Below, in pieces: positions 62,619-64,000 of a DNA stretch of 64,000 nt (within the stretch, counting starts at the first letter, position 1; every line of letters begins with the position of its first letter). Source of the stretch: Verrucomicrobiota bacterium (lineage in GTDB: Bacteria; Verrucomicrobiota; Verrucomicrobiia; Limisphaerales; Palsa-1400). The notes below the pieces were generated by a model, which saw only the letters and a list, made by a program, of their open reading frames with translations, ran no database searches and had not been told where the DNA came from. Made by a program: the position numbers and the translations under genes. The stretch spans positions 126,308-190,307 of the forward strand of contig JBEKYR010000007.1 of assembly GCA_049510745.1 (NCBI GenBank), read 5' to 3'.

Positions 62619-63563
62619 TCAACGAAGCAGGAGAATTGGAGATTCAATATGAACACAAAAACGATAACCGCACTTCAAAGCCCGTTCCGCCCACGCGTAG
62701 CGATACGAGTGCAGCGACACGCCCGAAATCCGCAACCCCTCGCACCGTTGCTTGAATTCGGTGGCCCGGTCGCCAGCGCGAACCGTGCGCAGGTAAGGAA
62801 AGAGTGGCCCACCCGCCGGACGCCGCCTCAAAATGGCTTCGATTTCCGCCCCGAAGCGAATCAACGCCGGCTTGATGCCAATCCCACCGCGCGACTTCAA
62901 TTTTGCCCGCGAGTAACTAATCGTGCGGCTGTTCCAGTCCACATCCTCCGCCAGCAGACAGGCCGCGTCCGTTTGCGACGCTCCGGTATGCCATAGCAAT
63001 TCGTAAAAATCCCGCCGCTCCGCGTTCAATTCCCGCGCCACAATCGCGGCGTGTTCCTCCGCCGTGATGGCCCGTTTGGCCTTGAACACCGGCTTGGGCC
63101 ATTGCAGGCGCGGAATGACCGATTTAAGCAGCCATTCCATGCCCAACGCGTGATTGTGTATGCGCCGCAGATAAACATTGGTGGACACCTTGCCATCCGC
63201 CAACGCACGGTCGAAATGCTCCGGGCGCGTTTCCGCGACGGGCAGATTGCGGATGCAGTCAAAATTCCTGTCCTTGATCGCCACGTCCCAGCGCCGCCGC
63301 GTCTCATCCGTTTTCTTGGCAACGATGTTTTCCATTACCTCCTGCCATGTCCGCGTTGCCAACTTGGGATCAGCCCCGTTGAGATACACCCGCGCCAGCG
63401 ACAGATTGAAGTGCGGTTGAACCTTGGTTTCGTTGTGTGCCTGGAGTATGCGTTGCGCCTCAAACTTGTCGCTTGTCTTGAGGCTCTTTTGTTCGCCGGT
63501 GCTTTTGTTTTTCAGGTAGAAGACGCCCCAGGGACGCCGAATCAAACCGAATGCTTGTTTCAT
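62619..63563 (-). pseudogene. tRNA-associated tyrosine integrase, C-terminally truncated
   Basis: LLWHTGASQTD, LFPYL, SLHSYRYAWAERA present; after CGY the sequence ends RFCVHIESPILLLR* with no LGH box or catalytic Tyr; start ATG 63563 (or 63575). Confidence 0.82.
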
Positions 63564-63708
63564 TGCTTCACTCATGTTTATGAGTGTGAGGCAATCGGCG
63601 ACTGTCGCGTTAGCGAGCAGTGGGCAAGCGGTATCCGAGCAGAGACAAATTTCTGAACGGGCAGCCAAACAGGTGAAGATTCCGGTGAAACTCTGACTCC
63701 CGGCTCCC

Positions 63709-63735
63709 AAAAAACCCTTGTCAATCAAGGGCTTT
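63709..63735 (-). terminator. Hairpin plus T-run just 3' of tRNA-Cys
   Basis: Minus strand AAAGCCCTTG-ATTGA-CAAGGGTTTTTT. Confidence 0.65.
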
Positions 63736-63739
63736 GAAC

Positions 63740-63814
63740 TGGAGGCGAGGGTCGGAATCGAACCGACGAATGCAGCTTTTGCAGAGCCGTGCCTTACCAC
63801 TTGGCTACCCCGCC
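63740..63814 (-). tRNA. tRNA-Cys (GCA)
   Basis: GGCGGGGTAGCCAAGTGGTAAGGCACGGCTCTGCAAAAGCTGCATTCGTCGGTTCGATTCCGACCCTCGCCTCCA folds as a cloverleaf; GCA anticodon; encoded CCA. Confidence 0.97.
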
Positions 63815-64000
63815 TTCCTCCAAGAGCTTATCCAAAACTGTCCTCAACGCAAGTTCAGTTTTTCGCCTTCGGCGATTCCAAATCAGTTGTGTTCGGCCAG
63901 TTAGGTGCTTGTAGCGGCATGAGCGGGCTGGTTAGGCCGAGAGGAGGCGAAATCTCAGGATTTTTTGCGCGCGTCCCGTGGAACGGCGCCATGTGTACAG

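Noticed and set aside
63564..63800. N-terminal extension of track ORF 62619..63800
   Set aside because: It overlaps tRNA-Cys and its terminator; the real start is probably 63563 or 63575

Overview
Bacterial chromosomal window. The protein repertoire (prepilin-type H-X9-DG proteins, Ig/LamG secreted proteins, tailed ribosomal proteins) points to a Verrucomicrobiota (Pedosphaera/Limisphaerales-like) genome; this is an inference. The left ~16 kb is mostly core: TolB-like protein, prs-rplY-pth-rpsF-ssb-rplI, fabD-fabG-acpP-fabF, a vapBC pair, a TlpA-domain protein and a LamG protein. From ~16.3 kb to a tRNA-Cys at 63.74-63.81 kb lies a mosaic accessory region with a broken IS transposase, two broken paralogous tyrosine integrases and an ISAs1-like scrap. 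Its main cargo (18.4-51.5 kb) looks like a SusC/D-free utilisation locus for alpha-1,4-galactosamine/galactose polymers (fungal galactosaminogalactan or Pel-type). It holds GH135 spherulin-4-like, GH114/PelA-like, GH31 and GH-D-clan hydrolases, three DUF4832 proteins, non-catalytic binding-type proteins, three paralogous pilin-like proteins, two beta-propeller sensor/LuxR pairs, and a coupled nucleotidyltransferase, HexNAc 1-kinase, UDP-HexNAc 4-epimerase, HGSNAT-like operon. The locus falls into two blocks, each bounded by its own inverted repeat (19 bp and ~69 bp), and shows promoter and domain duplications plus a recurring 18-bp pseudo-palindrome. A second cargo (52-62.6 kb) has cyclic beta-1,2-glucan synthase, a BON protein and an lmo0937-like small protein sharing a repeated upstream motif. 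All family calls are by eye from motifs; no searches were run.
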